A DNA stretch of 64,000 bases from an uncultured Prochlorococcus sp. (lineage in GTDB: Bacteria; Cyanobacteriota; Cyanobacteriia; PCC-6307; Cyanobiaceae). The notes below the pieces were generated by a model. That model saw only the letters and a list, made by a program, of their open reading frames with translations. It had not been told where the DNA came from and did not search any database. The stretch is from positions 5,611-69,610 of the forward strand of contig CACASR010000004.1 of the NCBI GenBank assembly GCA_902535175.1, written 5' to 3'. The first letter of the stretch is position 1, and each line of letters opens with the position of its first letter. Below, one piece after another: positions 32,755 through 44,992 of this stretch. The position numbers and the translations under genes were made by a program.

Positions 32755-33954
32755 CTAATCAACTTGAACTCTCGGTAATCTATTTTTAAAAGAACAAAGA
32801 ATTTCCCACGGTATAGTATTAGATTTTCTTGCCCATTCAAGAGGAGAAATTGTTTTATCTCCATCAGATCCTAGTAATACCATGGTACTACCTACTTTAA
32901 TTTCACTTGAACCTGTTATGTCCACCATCATTTGATCCATAGTTATGGATCCAACTTGGGGATAAAGTTTATTATTATGAATAACGTTTATCTTTCCTGA
33001 AAGATTTCTTGGTACTCCATCTGCGTATCCAATACTTAATACAGCTAATTTAGTTTTTCTATGACTAACAAATTTGCCTCCATAACTTACACCAACACCT
33101 GGATCAATAACTCTAACAAAAGCTACTTTAGCTTTCAAAAATAAAGCTGGTTTAAGTGATAAATTTTTATCTATTTTGTCTAAAGGACTGTATCCATAAA
33201 TAGAAAGCCCAACACGGACCATGTGAAAATGAAAATCTTTGTTAATAAGCATTCCCGCAGAATTAGCCAAATGAATCTTAATTTCATTATTTCGATCAAG
33301 ATTAATTTGCTTTAATAATTTATTAAACTTCAGTATTTGTAGTTGTGTAATACTTTTAGGATCTAATGCGTTAGCTTCATCTGCAGATGATAAATGACTA
33401 TATATTCCCTCAATAGAAATATTGTCAAAAGATTTTATTTTTTCAAATTGCTGAACAAATTTATTGTATTCAAATCCTAATCTTGACATTCCCGTATCAA
33501 CTTTAAGATGTAATGAAAATTTCAATCCAAAGTGATTACCAATGTTATTGCAAATTAAACATTCTCTTATACTACTGATAGTTGGCATAAGATCATTTTT
33601 AAAACATATTATAAGATCCTTTTTCGTATAAAGATTTCCGAGGATAAGTATTGGTTTTTTAACTCCAGCAGTACGAAGCTTTATTCCTTCATTTAATGTG
33701 GCAACACCTAATTGAGATGCTCCACCTTTGATAGCATACTCTGATACTAATTTCGCATCATGTCCATATCCATCAGCTTTAACGACTGCCATAAATTGGC
33801 AATTTTTACTTAATTTTGATCTTAACTCTCTAACGTTTGTTTCTATTGCTATACCTTTAACTTCAATCCATGCTCTTTGTTTTAGATCTATATCTTTTTC
33901 AAAATTTGGAAATTTGTCAAAATTAAATACCTGATTTGTTTGACTATTTTGCAT
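32755..33954 (-). CDS. alr: Alanine racemase
   Basis: AVVKADGYGH PLP lysine, HLKVDTGMSRLG, GYADG, MDQMMVD. Confidence 0.96.
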   Translation of the reverse strand: MQNSQTNQVFNFDKFPNFEKDIDLKQRAWIEVKGIAIETNVRELRSKLSKNCQFMAVVKADGYGHDAKLVSEYAIKGGASQLGVATLNEGIKLRTAGVKKPILILGNLYTKKDLIICFKNDLMPTISSIRECLICNNIGNHFGLKFSLHLKVDTGMSRLGFEYNKFVQQFEKIKSFDNISIEGIYSHLSSADEANALDPKSITQLQILKFNKLLKQINLDRNNEIKIHLANSAGMLINKDFHFHMVRVGLSIYGYSPLDKIDKNLSLKPALFLKAKVAFVRVIDPGVGVSYGGKFVSHRKTKLAVLSIGYADGVPRNLSGKINVIHNNKLYPQVGSITMDQMMVDITGSSEIKVGSTMVLLGSDGDKTISPLEWARKSNTIPWEILCSFKNRLPRVQVD

Positions 33955-33998
33955 TAACTCTGCACAAATATATGCGCTTATAGAAATATACAGTTAGC

Positions 33999-34529
33999 AT
34001 GACATGTAAATTGTATTTTGGCATGGGCCAGACTCTAGTTTTAAATGCATCTTATGAACCGTTAAACATCACTTCCTGGCGAAGAGCAGTAATTTTGATG
34101 ATTAAAGGTAAAGCAGAAAGCTTAGAGGAAGATAAAACATTTTCAATACATAGCGGTAAAAAGTTGCCGACAGTTATAAGACTTCGTTATTACGTCAAAG
34201 TTCCTTTTAGAGAGGTTTCTCTAACAAGAAAAAATATTCTTCTCAGAGATAATAATGCTTGCCAATACTGTAACTATAGGGGTAGTGACCTATCAATAGA
34301 TCATGTTTTACCGAGAAGCAGAGGTGGAACAGATAACTGGGAAAATGTTACTACAGCATGTCTCAGATGTAATGTACAAAAAGGTAATCGAACCCCCGAA
34401 GAGGCGAATATGCCCTTAAAACGTAAGCCTTATCGTCCATTAAGTAATCTAAATTTTGAAGCTACAAGACAAATTGACTCTGGCAGGCATAAAGAATGGA
34501 GTAAATACGTAATAGGGGTTGCAATCTAA
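33999..34529 (+). CDS. HNH endonuclease (McrA-like, stand-alone)
   Basis: LVLNASYEP, RDNNACQYC, IDHVLPRSRGG-WEN-ACLRCN-KG; start may be 34023. Confidence 0.92.
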   Translation: MTCKLYFGMGQTLVLNASYEPLNITSWRRAVILMIKGKAESLEEDKTFSIHSGKKLPTVIRLRYYVKVPFREVSLTRKNILLRDNNACQYCNYRGSDLSIDHVLPRSRGGTDNWENVTTACLRCNVQKGNRTPEEANMPLKRKPYRPLSNLNFEATRQIDSGRHKEWSKYVIGVAI

Positions 34530-34538
34530 TAAAAAATC

Positions 34539-35633
34539 TTAATTTACTTCTTTATTAAAATCTTCCATCATTCTTTTTTGTTCTTGCGCTATGCATGCAT
34601 TAATGACTTCTTCTAATTGACCAGCAAGAATTGGCTCAAGAGAAAAATTGGATCCTAATCTATGATCAGTTGTCCTGTTATCTTTAAAATTGTAAGTTCT
34701 GATTTTTTCACTTCTATCGCCTGTTCCAACTTGGGAAAGCCTTTGTGATCTCTCTTTTGCATTGGCTTCTTTTAATTGAATTTCATACAATTTAGCTCTT
34801 AAAATTTCCATTGCTCGTTCGCGATTTTGCAATTGTGATCTCTCTTGAGTACAAAAAACTCTTATTCCTGTAGGCTTGTGGAGAAGATCAATAGCTGTCT
34901 CTACCTTATTAACATTTTGTCCCCCTGCACCTCCTGATCTTGCTGTTCCAACCTCTAGATCGGTTGGATCAATTCTAACCTCAACAGGATCAGCCTCAGG
35001 CATAACGGCCACCGTAGCAGTAGAGGTGTGAACTCTACCTTGGGATTCAGTAGCTGGTACTCTTTGGACTCTATGTACACCAGCCTCAAATTTAAGTTGA
35101 CTATACACAGAATCCCCCTTTACGGAGATAACTAACTCCTTAAATCCACCCATATCTGACTCGGAAGCACTAACAGGTTTTACAGACCATCCAATTTTTT
35201 GTCCATATCTTTCATACATTCTTGCTAAATCACCTGCCCAGATACAAGCCTCGTTGCCTCCAGCGCCTGCTCTGATTTCTAACATTACACTTCTTTCATC
35301 TCTTGGGTCTTTTGGCAATAAGGCGATTGTGATTTTTTGAATCAGTTCACTCTTAGATTCCTCTAGAGTTATTAACTCCTCATTTATCAAAGATTCCATT
35401 TCTTTATCATTTCTATTCTCTTTTAGTAGATTTTTTGAATCTTCGATTTCTTTGTCAGTATCAAGCAACTTATTAAAATCAATCACCAAAGGTTCCAATT
35501 TTGACCTTTCTCTTGCTATTGATTCTAATTTTTTTGGATCATTAGCTATATCAGGATCTGCAAGTTGCACTTCCAAATTTTCAAAACTTTCTGAAGCAGT
35601 TTTCAACCTTGCAATTAATGTTGAGTATTCCAA
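34539..35633 (-). CDS. prfA: Peptide chain release factor 1
   Basis: GGQ motif and PAT tripeptide (RVPATES). Confidence 0.98.
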   Translation of the reverse strand: MEYSTLIARLKTASESFENLEVQLADPDIANDPKKLESIARERSKLEPLVIDFNKLLDTDKEIEDSKNLLKENRNDKEMESLINEELITLEESKSELIQKITIALLPKDPRDERSVMLEIRAGAGGNEACIWAGDLARMYERYGQKIGWSVKPVSASESDMGGFKELVISVKGDSVYSQLKFEAGVHRVQRVPATESQGRVHTSTATVAVMPEADPVEVRIDPTDLEVGTARSGGAGGQNVNKVETAIDLLHKPTGIRVFCTQERSQLQNRERAMEILRAKLYEIQLKEANAKERSQRLSQVGTGDRSEKIRTYNFKDNRTTDHRLGSNFSLEPILAGQLEEVINACIAQEQKRMMEDFNKEVN

Positions 35634-35661
35634 TTGAAATTATGCTTAATTTTTGAAAATT

Positions 35662-35922
35662 CTATTTTTTAGAATCTTTTTCTTCTGTTGGCTCTTTTGA
35701 TGTAGCTGAATTAGCTGAACCCATTCCATATTTTTTCATAAACCTATCAACCCTACCTTCTGTATCAAGAATCTTCTGAGTTCCAGTGAAGAAGGGATGA
35801 TTACCACTCCATACATCAACATGTAATTCAGGCTGTGTTGAGCCGGTTGTCATTACAACTTCTCCATTACAAATTACTTTTGCATCTGGATACCATTTTG
35901 GGTGTATTTCTGATTTTGGCAT
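35662..35922 (-). CDS. rpmE: 50S ribosomal protein L31
   Basis: IHPKWY, HPFFTG, GRVDRF. Confidence 0.97.
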   Translation of the reverse strand: MPKSEIHPKWYPDAKVICNGEVVMTTGSTQPELHVDVWSGNHPFFTGTQKILDTEGRVDRFMKKYGMGSANSATSKEPTEEKDSKK

Positions 35923-35935
35923 GATTTAAATTCTT

Positions 35936-36346
35936 TTAACGTTTGGAGAATTGAGGAGCTTTTCTTGCTTTTTTAAGACCATATTTTCTTCTTTCCTTAG
36001 CTCTAGGATCTCTACTGAGATGACCTTCAGTTTTTAGAGGTTTCCTATTGTCAGGAGATAATTCGCAAAGTGCTCTTGCTGCTCCTTGTTTGATGGCATC
36101 TGCTTGACCTGTCAATCCACCACCAAAAACATTTACAAGAATATCATAAGAATTTTCAAGACCTAATGTTTGCAAAGGTGCTTTTATTGAATTTAAGTGA
36201 AGAGGGTTAAAGTTTAAATAATCATCTCCAGAACGACCATTAATTTTTATAAGTCCATTTCCTGGAATCAGGCGCACTCTAGCTACTGAAGTTTTTCTTC
36301 TTCCAGTTCCCCAATACACAGCTTTGTTTTTTATTTGACTGTTCAT
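35936..36346 (-). CDS. rpsI: 30S ribosomal protein S9
   Basis: GTGRRK, GGGLTGQ, QFSKR C-terminus. Confidence 0.99.
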   Translation of the reverse strand: MNSQIKNKAVYWGTGRRKTSVARVRLIPGNGLIKINGRSGDDYLNFNPLHLNSIKAPLQTLGLENSYDILVNVFGGGLTGQADAIKQGAARALCELSPDNRKPLKTEGHLSRDPRAKERRKYGLKKARKAPQFSKR

Positions 36347-36355
36347 TTTGATAAA

Positions 36356-36787
36356 TTAACTATTTAATAATACAGGATTCTGCGCTGCATGAGGATGATC
36401 AGCACCTTTATAAACTTTTAGTTTTTTAAATTGCTGTCTTCCTAAAGAGTTATGAGGCAACATGCCCTTAACAGCTTGCTCGATGATTCTTTCAGGAATT
36501 CTTTCTTGTAGAGACTCAAATTTTTCAATTTTCATTCCTCCGGGTCTTCCAGAATGTCTTCTGTACAACTTTTGTGAGGCTTTTTTACCTGTGACTTCAA
36601 CTTTTTCAGCATTAACTACAATGACGAAATCACCAGTATCTAGATGAGGTGTAAATGTTGGCTTATTCTTACCTCTTAAAACAGTTGCGATTTCTGTAGC
36701 AAGTCTCCCAAGTGTCTTATCTTTTGCGTCAACTAAAAACCAATTTCTTTCAATGGTTTCTAAAGATGGAGTAATTGTTTTATTCAT
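36356..36787 (-). CDS. rplM: 50S ribosomal protein L13
   Basis: [20 protein letters not shown]. Confidence 0.99.
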   Translation of the reverse strand: MNKTITPSLETIERNWFLVDAKDKTLGRLATEIATVLRGKNKPTFTPHLDTGDFVIVVNAEKVEVTGKKASQKLYRRHSGRPGGMKIEKFESLQERIPERIIEQAVKGMLPHNSLGRQQFKKLKVYKGADHPHAAQNPVLLNS

Positions 36788-36902
36788 TTACCAAATTTAT
36801 GCAAATAAATTTAAATTTAATATTAAATTCTACCTTATTGGAGGAATATTAAACAACAGTTTTGAATGATTTACGCAAAAAATTTGCTTAATTAAACTTT
36901 AC

Positions 36903-37709
36903 TTAAGAAAAACCCTTAATTAAAAATAAAGGGAAAAAATCGTTGTTATTAATCTTTTTAAAAACATTTTCTTCATAAACAGCATTTACAAAACATAAAC
37001 CCTTAGCTGGAGCAGATTCTTTAACATCATTTTTCTTTTTGTTAACCCATCTATCAGTAAAAATTTCTGGGGATATTTTTTTTTCTCCAACTAAAACTAG
37101 TTGACCAACAATAAAACGGACCATTCCATATAAAAAACCGGTAGCTTTAATATCAATTAAAATCAAATCTTCTACTCTTTTAATATCTATATTTTTTATT
37201 TTTGTAATAGAGTTTTTTCTGTTACTTCCACTTTTTTGAAAAGCAAAAAAATCGTGTTCTCCTTCCATTGTCTTAGATGCATTAAACATTAAAACTTCAT
37301 CTAATGATTTTTGATATCTATGCCATGACCAGTTATTGATAAACAAGTTAGGAAATTTACTGTTATTAATGACATATCGATAATGTCTATATATTACTGA
37401 ATAGCATGCATGCCAACTATCTTTAACCTCAACTGATTCCAAGATCCTAATTGTAGAGGGCAAAAGACCATTTAAAACATCAGAATAACTATTCCCTGGT
37501 ATTAAACAATCGATATCAAAGTGTACTACTTGCCCTGATGCATGAACCCCGGCATCAGTCCTTCCTGCTGCAAAAGTCTTTACTGTATGATTTGTAATCT
37601 TTAAGAGAGCTCTGTCTAGAATTTCTTGTACTGTAGTAGCATTTTTTTGCTTTTGCCAACCTGAATAATGCGATCCATCATATTGGACTAGTAAAGCTAC
37701 CCTTTTCAA
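36903..37709 (-). CDS. truA: tRNA pseudouridine(38-40) synthase
   Basis: YDGS-GWQ, GRTDAGVHA, FLYGMVR, APAKGL. Confidence 0.96.
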   Translation of the reverse strand: MKRVALLVQYDGSHYSGWQKQKNATTVQEILDRALLKITNHTVKTFAAGRTDAGVHASGQVVHFDIDCLIPGNSYSDVLNGLLPSTIRILESVEVKDSWHACYSVIYRHYRYVINNSKFPNLFINNWSWHRYQKSLDEVLMFNASKTMEGEHDFFAFQKSGSNRKNSITKIKNIDIKRVEDLILIDIKATGFLYGMVRFIVGQLVLVGEKKISPEIFTDRWVNKKKNDVKESAPAKGLCFVNAVYEENVFKKINNNDFFPLFLIKGFS

Positions 37710-37746
37710 AAGTTATTTTCTAGTAAAAGCCTTTATATTAACTAGC

Positions 37747-38097
37747 TTAAACAAGCTCGATTATGGCCATCTGAGCGTTATCACCTTTTCTAGATACGGT
37801 TCTGACTATGCGTGTATAACCACCATTTCTGTCTCCATATCTTTCCTTTGCTTTTTCAAATAGTGAATGAACTAATTTCTTATCATAGATATATCCAATA
37901 GCCCTTCTCCTGGAAGCCAAACTTCCCTCTTTGGCGAGTGAAATCATTCTTTCAGCTTCATTTCTTAAAGCTTTTGCACGAGCTTTTGTTGTTGTTACTC
38001 TACCTTCCCGTATTAATTGTGTAGTTAAACCTCTTAGAAGTGCTTTCCTCTGGTCAGCAGGTTTACTTAATAATGGAATTCTAAGTTGATGTCTCAT
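37747..38097 (-). CDS. rplQ: 50S ribosomal protein L17
   Basis: MRH start, [14 protein letters not shown]. Confidence 0.98.
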   Translation of the reverse strand: MRHQLRIPLLSKPADQRKALLRGLTTQLIREGRVTTTKARAKALRNEAERMISLAKEGSLASRRRAIGYIYDKKLVHSLFEKAKERYGDRNGGYTRIVRTVSRKGDNAQMAIIELV

Positions 38098-38111
38098 AAT
38101 CTTAAAAATTG

Positions 38112-39050
38112 TTAAACAGATGTTCTGCTTTGTGGGATAGAAATACCAATGCGCTCAAGAGCCTCAATAACCTCATCTGCAGATTTAGAGCCAAAGTTTT
38201 TAATTTCAAGAAGATCTTCATAACTGAAGCCCATTAAATCTGAAACTGAGTTAACTTGAGCCCTTTTCAAACAATTATATGCTCTAACAGATAAGTTTAG
38301 TTCCTCTAGAGGAATTTGAGCTTCAGGCGATGGTTCAGGTTCTTCAGGAATTTCCTCAACCATTGTAACAGTAGCAAGGGGTTGAAAAAGTTCTATTAAC
38401 TGATTTGCAGCTTCAGCAATAGCATCGTCAGGACTTGTTGAACCATCTGTTACGACTTCCATTTTTAATCTTTCTCTTCCCGTTCCTCCTTCTGCCACAG
38501 CAGTTTCATCAATCGTAAAATTCACTCTCTTAACTGGCATAAATACAGCATCTATTTGAAGTAAATCAATAGCATTTGTTTCTTCACTCTTACGGTCGAC
38601 GGGTCTATATCCAACACCTCTTTCAACATGGATTTCCAACTCTAAGTTATGCCCCTCCTGAATAGTCGCGATTGGTTTTTCGCCATCAACAATTTCAACT
38701 TGAGAGGAGAATTGGATATCATTCGCCTTCACTTCCATTGGACCACTCGCTACTAACCTGCCGATTTCGAGCTCTGGATTAGAACTATTGATTGATAGTT
38801 GCTTGCAATTAAGGAGAATATCTAAGACGTCTTCTCTAACTCCAGGAATAGTGGCATATTCATGATTAATTCCTGCTATTCTTACAGCAGTAACTGCACT
38901 CCCTTCAAGTCCTCCCATAAGGACTCTTCTGAGGGAATTACCCAAAGTTGTAGCTTGTCCCCTTTCGAGAGGGCCAATTAAAAAAGTTCCTGTTTGGGAG
39001 CGATCATCTGATATTTGATGGTCGATTCTGTCAATCTGGTATTGCAACAC
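38112..39050 (-). CDS. rpoA: RNA polymerase alpha subunit
   Basis: [31 protein letters not shown]. Confidence 0.99.
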   Translation of the reverse strand: MLQYQIDRIDHQISDDRSQTGTFLIGPLERGQATTLGNSLRRVLMGGLEGSAVTAVRIAGINHEYATIPGVREDVLDILLNCKQLSINSSNPELEIGRLVASGPMEVKANDIQFSSQVEIVDGEKPIATIQEGHNLELEIHVERGVGYRPVDRKSEETNAIDLLQIDAVFMPVKRVNFTIDETAVAEGGTGRERLKMEVVTDGSTSPDDAIAEAANQLIELFQPLATVTMVEEIPEEPEPSPEAQIPLEELNLSVRAYNCLKRAQVNSVSDLMGFSYEDLLEIKNFGSKSADEVIEALERIGISIPQSRTSV

Positions 39051-39103
39051 GGAAAATAATAAGGTTAAGATTTTTTTTGGGGGGGGTTGAGAATGCTTAG
39101 AAC

Positions 39104-39496
39104 CTAAACGCGTCTACGTTTAGGTCTTCTACATCCATTATGTGGTAATGGAGTTACATCTCTTATTAGAGTTATTTCTAATCCGGCAACTTGTAAAGCT
39201 CTTATGGCCGTTTCCCTACCTGCGCCAGGCCCTCTGACTAGTACTTCTATTTGTCTCATGCCTTGATCAAGTGCTCTTCTAGCTGCAGCTTCAGCAGCTG
39301 TTTGAGCAGCAAATGGCGTACCTTTCCGAGCACCTTTAAATCCACTTGCGCCTGCAGAAGACCAAGAAATTACATGGCCAGAGGTGTCAGTAATTGAGAC
39401 AATAGTATTATTAAAAGTGCTTTGGATATGTACCACACCATTGGGTACATTACGTTTAGATTTCTTGGAACCTGTTTTTTTTACTGTAGCTGCCAT
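39104..39496 (-). CDS. rpsK: 30S ribosomal protein S11
   Basis: STFNNT, TPFAAQ, PHNGCR. Confidence 0.99.
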   Translation of the reverse strand: MAATVKKTGSKKSKRNVPNGVVHIQSTFNNTIVSITDTSGHVISWSSAGASGFKGARKGTPFAAQTAAEAAARRALDQGMRQIEVLVRGPGAGRETAIRALQVAGLEITLIRDVTPLPHNGCRRPKRRRV

Positions 39497-39540
39497 GATG
39501 TTTTAATTTAATACTTAAATTTGTAAATAGATTTAGTTAT

Positions 39541-39906
39541 TTATTTTTTTCTTCCAGCAACTGTTTTCCTTGAACCCCTTCTTGTCCTTGCATTTGTTCT
39601 AGTTCTTTGACCCCTTACTGGAAGACTCATTCTATGTCTTCTTCCTCTCACACACCCTATGTCTTGTAGACGTTTTAAAGCCATTCCCTCTTTTCTTCTC
39701 AAATCTCCCTCTAAAGTGAATTCTTCTGAAGCACCTCTGAGCTTTTGAACATCAGAATCTGAAAGGTCTTTGACACGAGTATCTGGGTTTACACCCGTAT
39801 TAGCAAGAATTAGCTTTGATCTCGTTAAACCAATTCCATAGACGTATGTTAGTGCAATTTCAACTCGCTTTTCGCGAGGTATGTCAATTCCTGCAATCCT
39901 GGCCAC
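39541..39906 (-). CDS. rpsM: 30S ribosomal protein S13
   Basis: [20 protein letters not shown]. Confidence 0.99.
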   Translation of the reverse strand: MARIAGIDIPREKRVEIALTYVYGIGLTRSKLILANTGVNPDTRVKDLSDSDVQKLRGASEEFTLEGDLRRKEGMALKRLQDIGCVRGRRHRMSLPVRGQRTRTNARTRRGSRKTVAGRKK

Positions 39907-39947
39907 GTGTTTTGAATAAGTAAAAGTTTGAATTTAAGGGTTGAAAT

Positions 39948-40064
39948 TTAACCCTGACGCTGTTTATTACGAGGTCTTTTCTTGTTAATAACATAGATTT
40001 TACCTCTTCTCCTCACGATCTGATCGTCAGGACTAATTTTTTTGACTGAAGATCTGACCTTCAT
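39948..40064 (-). CDS. rpmJ: 50S ribosomal protein L36, Zn-ligand-free form (not in ORF track)
   Basis: Hand translation [38 protein letters not shown]; canonical position before rpsM. Confidence 0.96.
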   Translation of the reverse strand: MKVRSSVKKISPDDQIVRRRGKIYVINKKRPRNKQRQG

Positions 40065-40106
40065 AGGGGTTTAACAAATAAAACGTTAATATTATATTCT
40101 ACATCA

Positions 40107-40658
40107 TCATCCAGCCATTTTTTGTTTGATATCAGAGGAAATGGTTTTTAAATCTCTATCAGCATCAATATATTCTAACAATGTGAGATCTTTAAAATAT
40201 TGAATCAATGGTTCTGTTGTTTTTTTATAAATATCAACTCTTGTTCTAATTGTCTCTTCTGTATCATCTTTTCTCCCTCTTAAAAGCAAACGCTTAATAA
40301 GCACTTCTTCTGGAATATCTAAATAAAAAACCACTTCTAAAGGTTGATTTATTTCAGTTAAGACTTCATTCAATGAATTTGCTTGAGATAAATTCCTTGG
40401 GTAACCATCAAGAATCCAACCTTTATTATCCTTAACTAAATTTTGTCTTACTATTTTTAATACGAGTTCATCATTAACAAGTTCCCCTCGATTCATGATA
40501 TCTTTTACCTGGATACCAAGGGTAGTATTCATTTCGATTTCTTTTCTTAATAATTCACCAGTAGAAAGGTGTAAGTAAGAATTAGTTTGACTTAACAATT
40601 CCGCTTGAGTTCCTTTTCCTGCTCCTGGAGCTCCTAAAAATAGTAAATGTTTCTTCAT
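40107..40658 (-). CDS. adk: Adenylate kinase (short, LID-less form)
   Basis: [29 protein letters not shown]. Confidence 0.97.
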   Translation of the reverse strand: MKKHLLFLGAPGAGKGTQAELLSQTNSYLHLSTGELLRKEIEMNTTLGIQVKDIMNRGELVNDELVLKIVRQNLVKDNKGWILDGYPRNLSQANSLNEVLTEINQPLEVVFYLDIPEEVLIKRLLLRGRKDDTEETIRTRVDIYKKTTEPLIQYFKDLTLLEYIDADRDLKTISSDIKQKMAG

Positions 40659-41977
40659 TAATTATTAATTAGTCCCTCATACCTTTGTGAAATAACATAA
40701 GTTTGAATTTGCTTAGCAGTATCTATAGCAACACCCACAAGAATCAGTAATGAAGTTGCTCCTAAACCTTGAAAGGTCTGAACATTTGTAGCTCTTTCTA
40801 CTGCAGCTGGGATAATAGCTACTGAACCCAGAAATAATCCTCCCAATAAAGTCAACCTATTTTGTATACCTGATAGGTAGTTTGCTGTATTAGTTCCTGG
40901 TCTAACTCCTGGTATCGCTACTCCTCCTTTCTTTAAATTTGAAGCTACATCAACTGGATTGATAGTAAGAGATGCATAAAAATAGGAGAACCCCAAAATC
41001 AAGGAGAAGAATGTAAGAGCATATGGCCATGGATTAGAAGAACCGGGATTTAAACTACTGGCTAACTTAATTAAGACTGGATTACCCGTAACGTTTGCAA
41101 TAGTTATAGGTAAAAAGATTAAAGCAGATGCAAATATGATTGGCATGACTCCTCCTGCATTTAATTTCAAAGGTAAATAACTTTGCCTAGTAGGTAGTAG
41201 TGTTGAATTTCCTATCTGCCTTTTTGCACTAACAATAGGTATGCGCCTTGCTCCCTCTTGAACAAAAATTATCCCAACAATTGTTAGTAAAAATACTCCA
41301 AGTAAAACTGCTATTCCTAAAACATCTCCTCTATCTCCAGTTTGAGCTTTTTCAATGGTTGAACTTAGAGCCTTAGGTAAAGTCGAAACAATATTCAAAA
41401 AAATTACCAGTGAAGCTCCTTGACCTATCCCTTTCTCCGTAATAATTTCACTAAACCACATTACTAACATTGAACCAGTTACTAAGGCAATTGAAGTTTG
41501 TAAAACAAATGTAGTTTCACTTATCCCCTGAATAGCATATTGTCTGAGAATTAAGGAGAAAATTATACTTTGCAAAAAACCCCATCCCAATGAAACATAT
41601 CTAGTGATTTGAGCAATTTTTCTTCTTCCCGCTTCTCCTTCATTTTTTTGTAAATCTTCGAGCACAGGCAATGAAGCTGTGAGAAGCTGAATAATGATTG
41701 ATGCGTTAATAAAAGGAAGTATACCCAATGCGAATATTCCTAAGGTTGAAATTCCTCCTCCAGTAAAAATATCTAAAAAACCTATTAATTGACCACCTTG
41801 ATCTATAAAACTTTTAAAAGCAACCCTATCAATACCAGGCATGGGGATATAGATACCTAGCCTTACTAAAAGGAGAAGACCTAAAGTTGTTAAAACTCTA
41901 CTCCTAAGCTCTTTATTTAAAAATAATTGGGAAAGTATTTCAGAAGCGTTTGGATTTCTGCTTTTGTTTACAAACAT
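40658..41977 (-). CDS. secY: Preprotein translocase subunit SecY
   Basis: [30 protein letters not shown], multiple TM helices. Confidence 0.99.
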   Translation of the reverse strand: MFVNKSRNPNASEILSQLFLNKELRSRVLTTLGLLLLVRLGIYIPMPGIDRVAFKSFIDQGGQLIGFLDIFTGGGISTLGIFALGILPFINASIIIQLLTASLPVLEDLQKNEGEAGRRKIAQITRYVSLGWGFLQSIIFSLILRQYAIQGISETTFVLQTSIALVTGSMLVMWFSEIITEKGIGQGASLVIFLNIVSTLPKALSSTIEKAQTGDRGDVLGIAVLLGVFLLTIVGIIFVQEGARRIPIVSAKRQIGNSTLLPTRQSYLPLKLNAGGVMPIIFASALIFLPITIANVTGNPVLIKLASSLNPGSSNPWPYALTFFSLILGFSYFYASLTINPVDVASNLKKGGVAIPGVRPGTNTANYLSGIQNRLTLLGGLFLGSVAIIPAAVERATNVQTFQGLGATSLLILVGVAIDTAKQIQTYVISQRYEGLINN

Positions 41978-42006
41978 TTTGAAGCTTACTTAAATTGTTA
42001 ATAATT

Positions 42007-42474
42007 TTATTTATTATTTATAAGCTCGCAAGATCCACCAGCATCCTCAATTTTTTGTTTTGCAACTTTTGTGAACGCATGAGCTTGAACTTTTAACTTT
42101 ACATTAATTTTTCCGTTACCAAGTATTTTTAAAGGAAATTTTGGCTTGAAGATCAGTCCTTTTTTAACAAGTGAGTCAATGTTAACAGTCTCGTTATCTT
42201 TGAAATCATTTAATTTATCTAAATTTATTATAGAAAAGTTCTTTTGATTAATTATTTCAAAGTGCTTTAATTTTGGAACTCTTCTATATAAGGGCATTTG
42301 TCCACCTTCAAAGCCTGGACGTGTGGGTCTTCCAGAACGTGACTTTTGTCCTCTCATTCCAAAACCACATGAAGCGCCCTGACCGGCCGCGATACCTCTA
42401 CCCTTTCTTAATTTTTTCTTTCTTGAGCCAGAGTTTGATTTAAGTGTATTTAATGTTGAAGTCATAATTTTCAA
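42007..42474 (-). CDS. rplO: 50S ribosomal protein L15
   Basis: [19 protein letters not shown]; start may be 42465. Confidence 0.98.
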   Translation of the reverse strand: MKIMTSTLNTLKSNSGSRKKKLRKGRGIAAGQGASCGFGMRGQKSRSGRPTRPGFEGGQMPLYRRVPKLKHFEIINQKNFSIINLDKLNDFKDNETVNIDSLVKKGLIFKPKFPLKILGNGKINVKLKVQAHAFTKVAKQKIEDAGGSCELINNK

Positions 42475-43091
42475 GAATAGAGCTGTTCAAGTGAGATTCC
42501 TCTCTCCCTTGAAGCAGATTTATGTGTTCTTAATTGAGAAAGAGCAACCATAGCAGCTCTTGCATTATTCAAAGGTGTTTTACTACCCAATCTTTTTGCT
42601 AAGACATTTTTTATGCCCGCTAATTCTAAAACAGTTCTTATTGAACCACCAGCAATTACACCTGTACCAGGAGCAGCTGGTCTAATTAGCACATTAGCGG
42701 CACCATCTCGACCTTTAGATAAAGTTGGTATTGAATTATTAGGAGTTAAGGGAACCCTAACAAGATTCTTTTTACCATCTGAAACGCCCTTTCTCACTGC
42801 ACCGATGACATCTCCTGCTTTACCAACTCCAACTCCTACTTGACCTTTCTCATTACCTACAACAACAATGGCCCTAAAACTCATTTTTTTCCCGCCTTTA
42901 ACAGTCTTAGAAACGCGTCGAATTTGAACAACTCTTTCTTGCCAATCAGAATCTCTCTCTAGATTTTTTGAATCACCTCTTCTATTTCTTTTTCGATCAT
43001 TACGATTATTCTTTTTTTGTTCTATGGGCATAGCTCCAGGAACGTTATCGTTCTTGGATTGAATTTCTTGTTTTGTTGGAGTGTCAGTCAT
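42471..43091 (-). CDS. rpsE: 30S ribosomal protein S5
   Basis: [20 protein letters not shown]. Confidence 0.98.
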   Translation of the reverse strand: MTDTPTKQEIQSKNDNVPGAMPIEQKKNNRNDRKRNRRGDSKNLERDSDWQERVVQIRRVSKTVKGGKKMSFRAIVVVGNEKGQVGVGVGKAGDVIGAVRKGVSDGKKNLVRVPLTPNNSIPTLSKGRDGAANVLIRPAAPGTGVIAGGSIRTVLELAGIKNVLAKRLGSKTPLNNARAAMVALSQLRTHKSASRERGISLEQLYS

Positions 43092-43106
43092 AGTAAAAAT
43101 TAAGAG

Positions 43107-43475
43107 TTAGAATTCTAGGCCAGCATCACGAGCAGCTTCTGCAAGTGCCTTTACTCTGCCGTGATATAAGTTACCTCCACGGTCAAAAATTACTTGCTTA
43201 ATACCTTTTTTTATCGCTCTCTTTGCTAATAATTTTCCAACAATGGAAGAAGAATTACAATCAGCAGATAATTTCTCAGATTTTTCTCTCAGTTCCTTAT
43301 CAACAGTTGAAGCTGAGCAAATGGTTTTTTGAGCGCTATCATCTATGACCTGCGCATAAATATGGTTATTAGAGCGAAAAACAGATAATCTTGGACGCGT
43401 TGAATCTCCAATTAAGAATCTCCTTAATCTTCTATGTCTTTTTTGGGTTTGTAATTTCCTGGAAAGTTTGGTCAT
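43107..43475 (-). CDS. rplR: 50S ribosomal protein L18
   Basis: [21 protein letters not shown]. Confidence 0.98.
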   Translation of the reverse strand: MTKLSRKLQTQKRHRRLRRFLIGDSTRPRLSVFRSNNHIYAQVIDDSAQKTICSASTVDKELREKSEKLSADCNSSSIVGKLLAKRAIKKGIKQVIFDRGGNLYHGRVKALAEAARDAGLEF

Positions 43476-43489
43476 TTTTTTAATTCAAA

Positions 43490-44029
43490 TTATTTTTTGC
43501 CAGATTTACCAGCTTTTCTGAGAATTCTTTCATCATGGTATTTAATTCCCTTTCCTTTATATGGCTCTGGAGGTCTAATTGATCTGATTTTTGCTGCTTC
43601 ATTGCCAACAATTTCCTTATCAATTCCAGATACGGTAACGTTTGTATTACTCTCAACTTTGTATGTTATACCATCAGGGGGGATCATTTCTACAGGATGA
43701 CTATATCCTGCACTTACAACTAGATTTTTACCTTTTACTTGTGCTCTTGATCCAACGCCAACAATTTCTAGTTTCTTTGAAAAACCTTGCGTAACCCCTT
43801 CAACCATATTTGCAATTAAGGCTCTACATAAACCATGTCTCTGCCTTGAATATATTTTGGTTGTAGTAGGACTTACGACAACAGTATTATCTTTCTTATC
43901 AAAACTAACCCCCTCAGGCATGAGACGTTTTAATTCACCCTTTGGGCCTTTCACTGTAACTGTTAATCCATCAAAATCAACTGTAACTTTCTCTGGAATA
44001 AGTACTGGTGTTTTTCCGATTCTTGACAT
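43490..44029 (-). CDS. rplF: 50S ribosomal protein L6
   Basis: [14 protein letters not shown]. Confidence 0.99.
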   Translation of the reverse strand: MSRIGKTPVLIPEKVTVDFDGLTVTVKGPKGELKRLMPEGVSFDKKDNTVVVSPTTTKIYSRQRHGLCRALIANMVEGVTQGFSKKLEIVGVGSRAQVKGKNLVVSAGYSHPVEMIPPDGITYKVESNTNVTVSGIDKEIVGNEAAKIRSIRPPEPYKGKGIKYHDERILRKAGKSGKK

Positions 44030-44041
44030 GATTAATTCTCC

Positions 44042-44443
44042 TTAATAAACATAGCAAAGGACTTCGCCGCCAATGCCTTGCTTTCTAGCATCGCGATCAC
44101 TCATAACGCCTTTAGAGGTTGAAATTATGGCAACTCCAAGACCTCCAAGAACTTTTGGTAAACCTCTAGTATTTTTATATATTCTCAAACCAGGTTTACT
44201 AACTCTTTGCATAGATCGAATAGTAGGAAATTTGTTTTTACCACTATATTTAAGGCCGAGTATTATTTGTGATTTATAACCTTCACCTTCCTCATTAATA
44301 TCAGAAATGAATCCCTCTTTTTGAAGCACTTTGGCGATACTTAAGGACATTTTTGAACCTGGTATTGATGTGGTTGTATGCTTTTTTTGACTCGCATTTC
44401 TAATTCGAGTAAGCATATCTGAAATAGGATCGTGATTTGACAT
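44042..44443 (-). CDS. rpsH: 30S ribosomal protein S8
   Basis: [26 protein letters not shown]. Confidence 0.99.
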   Translation of the reverse strand: MSNHDPISDMLTRIRNASQKKHTTTSIPGSKMSLSIAKVLQKEGFISDINEEGEGYKSQIILGLKYSGKNKFPTIRSMQRVSKPGLRIYKNTRGLPKVLGGLGVAIISTSKGVMSDRDARKQGIGGEVLCYVY

Positions 44444-44452
44444 AGTTTTAAT

Positions 44453-44992
44453 TTAATTCTTACTAAAAGGCATTCCTAACTCCTGCAAAAGAGCTTTACC
44501 TTCTTGATCTGATTTTGCACTAGTGACAATAGTAATATCCATACCTCTTATTGAGTCTATTTTATCAAAAGAGATTTCAGGAAAAATCAATTGCTCTTTC
44601 ACTCCAACGGTATAATTACCTCTCCCATCGAAACTTTTTGGATTAACTCCTCTGAAGTCTCTTATTCTTGGTAAAGCTAGATTTATAAATCTTTCCAAAA
44701 AGGAATACATCCTGTCTCCTCTCAAAGTAACAGTACAACCAATCGGCATGCCCTCACGAATTTTAAAACCCGCGATAGCTTTTTTAGCCCTAGTTACAAG
44801 GGCCTTTTGTCCTGTAATTGTTGCCATTTCGTTTAAAGAGGCTTCTAGAGCTTTCGAATTTGAAGCTGCCTCACCAAGACCTCTGTTAACGTTGACTTTG
44901 ACAACTTTAGGTACTTGATGAATATTTTTAAGACCAAGATCCTTTAAAAGTTTTGGTCTTATTGATTCTTTGTAGCGATTTTTTAGAGTCAT
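44453..44992 (-). CDS. rplE: 50S ribosomal protein L5
   Basis: [21 protein letters not shown]. Confidence 0.99.
   Translation of the reverse strand: MTLKNRYKESIRPKLLKDLGLKNIHQVPKVVKVNVNRGLGEAASNSKALEASLNEMATITGQKALVTRAKKAIAGFKIREGMPIGCTVTLRGDRMYSFLERFINLALPRIRDFRGVNPKSFDGRGNYTVGVKEQLIFPEISFDKIDSIRGMDITIVTSAKSDQEGKALLQELGMPFSKN

Noticed and set aside
36814-36829. 16-bp perfect palindrome AATTTAATATTAAATT upstream of rplM
   Set aside because: A/T only in an extremely AT-rich spacer; plausible by chance.
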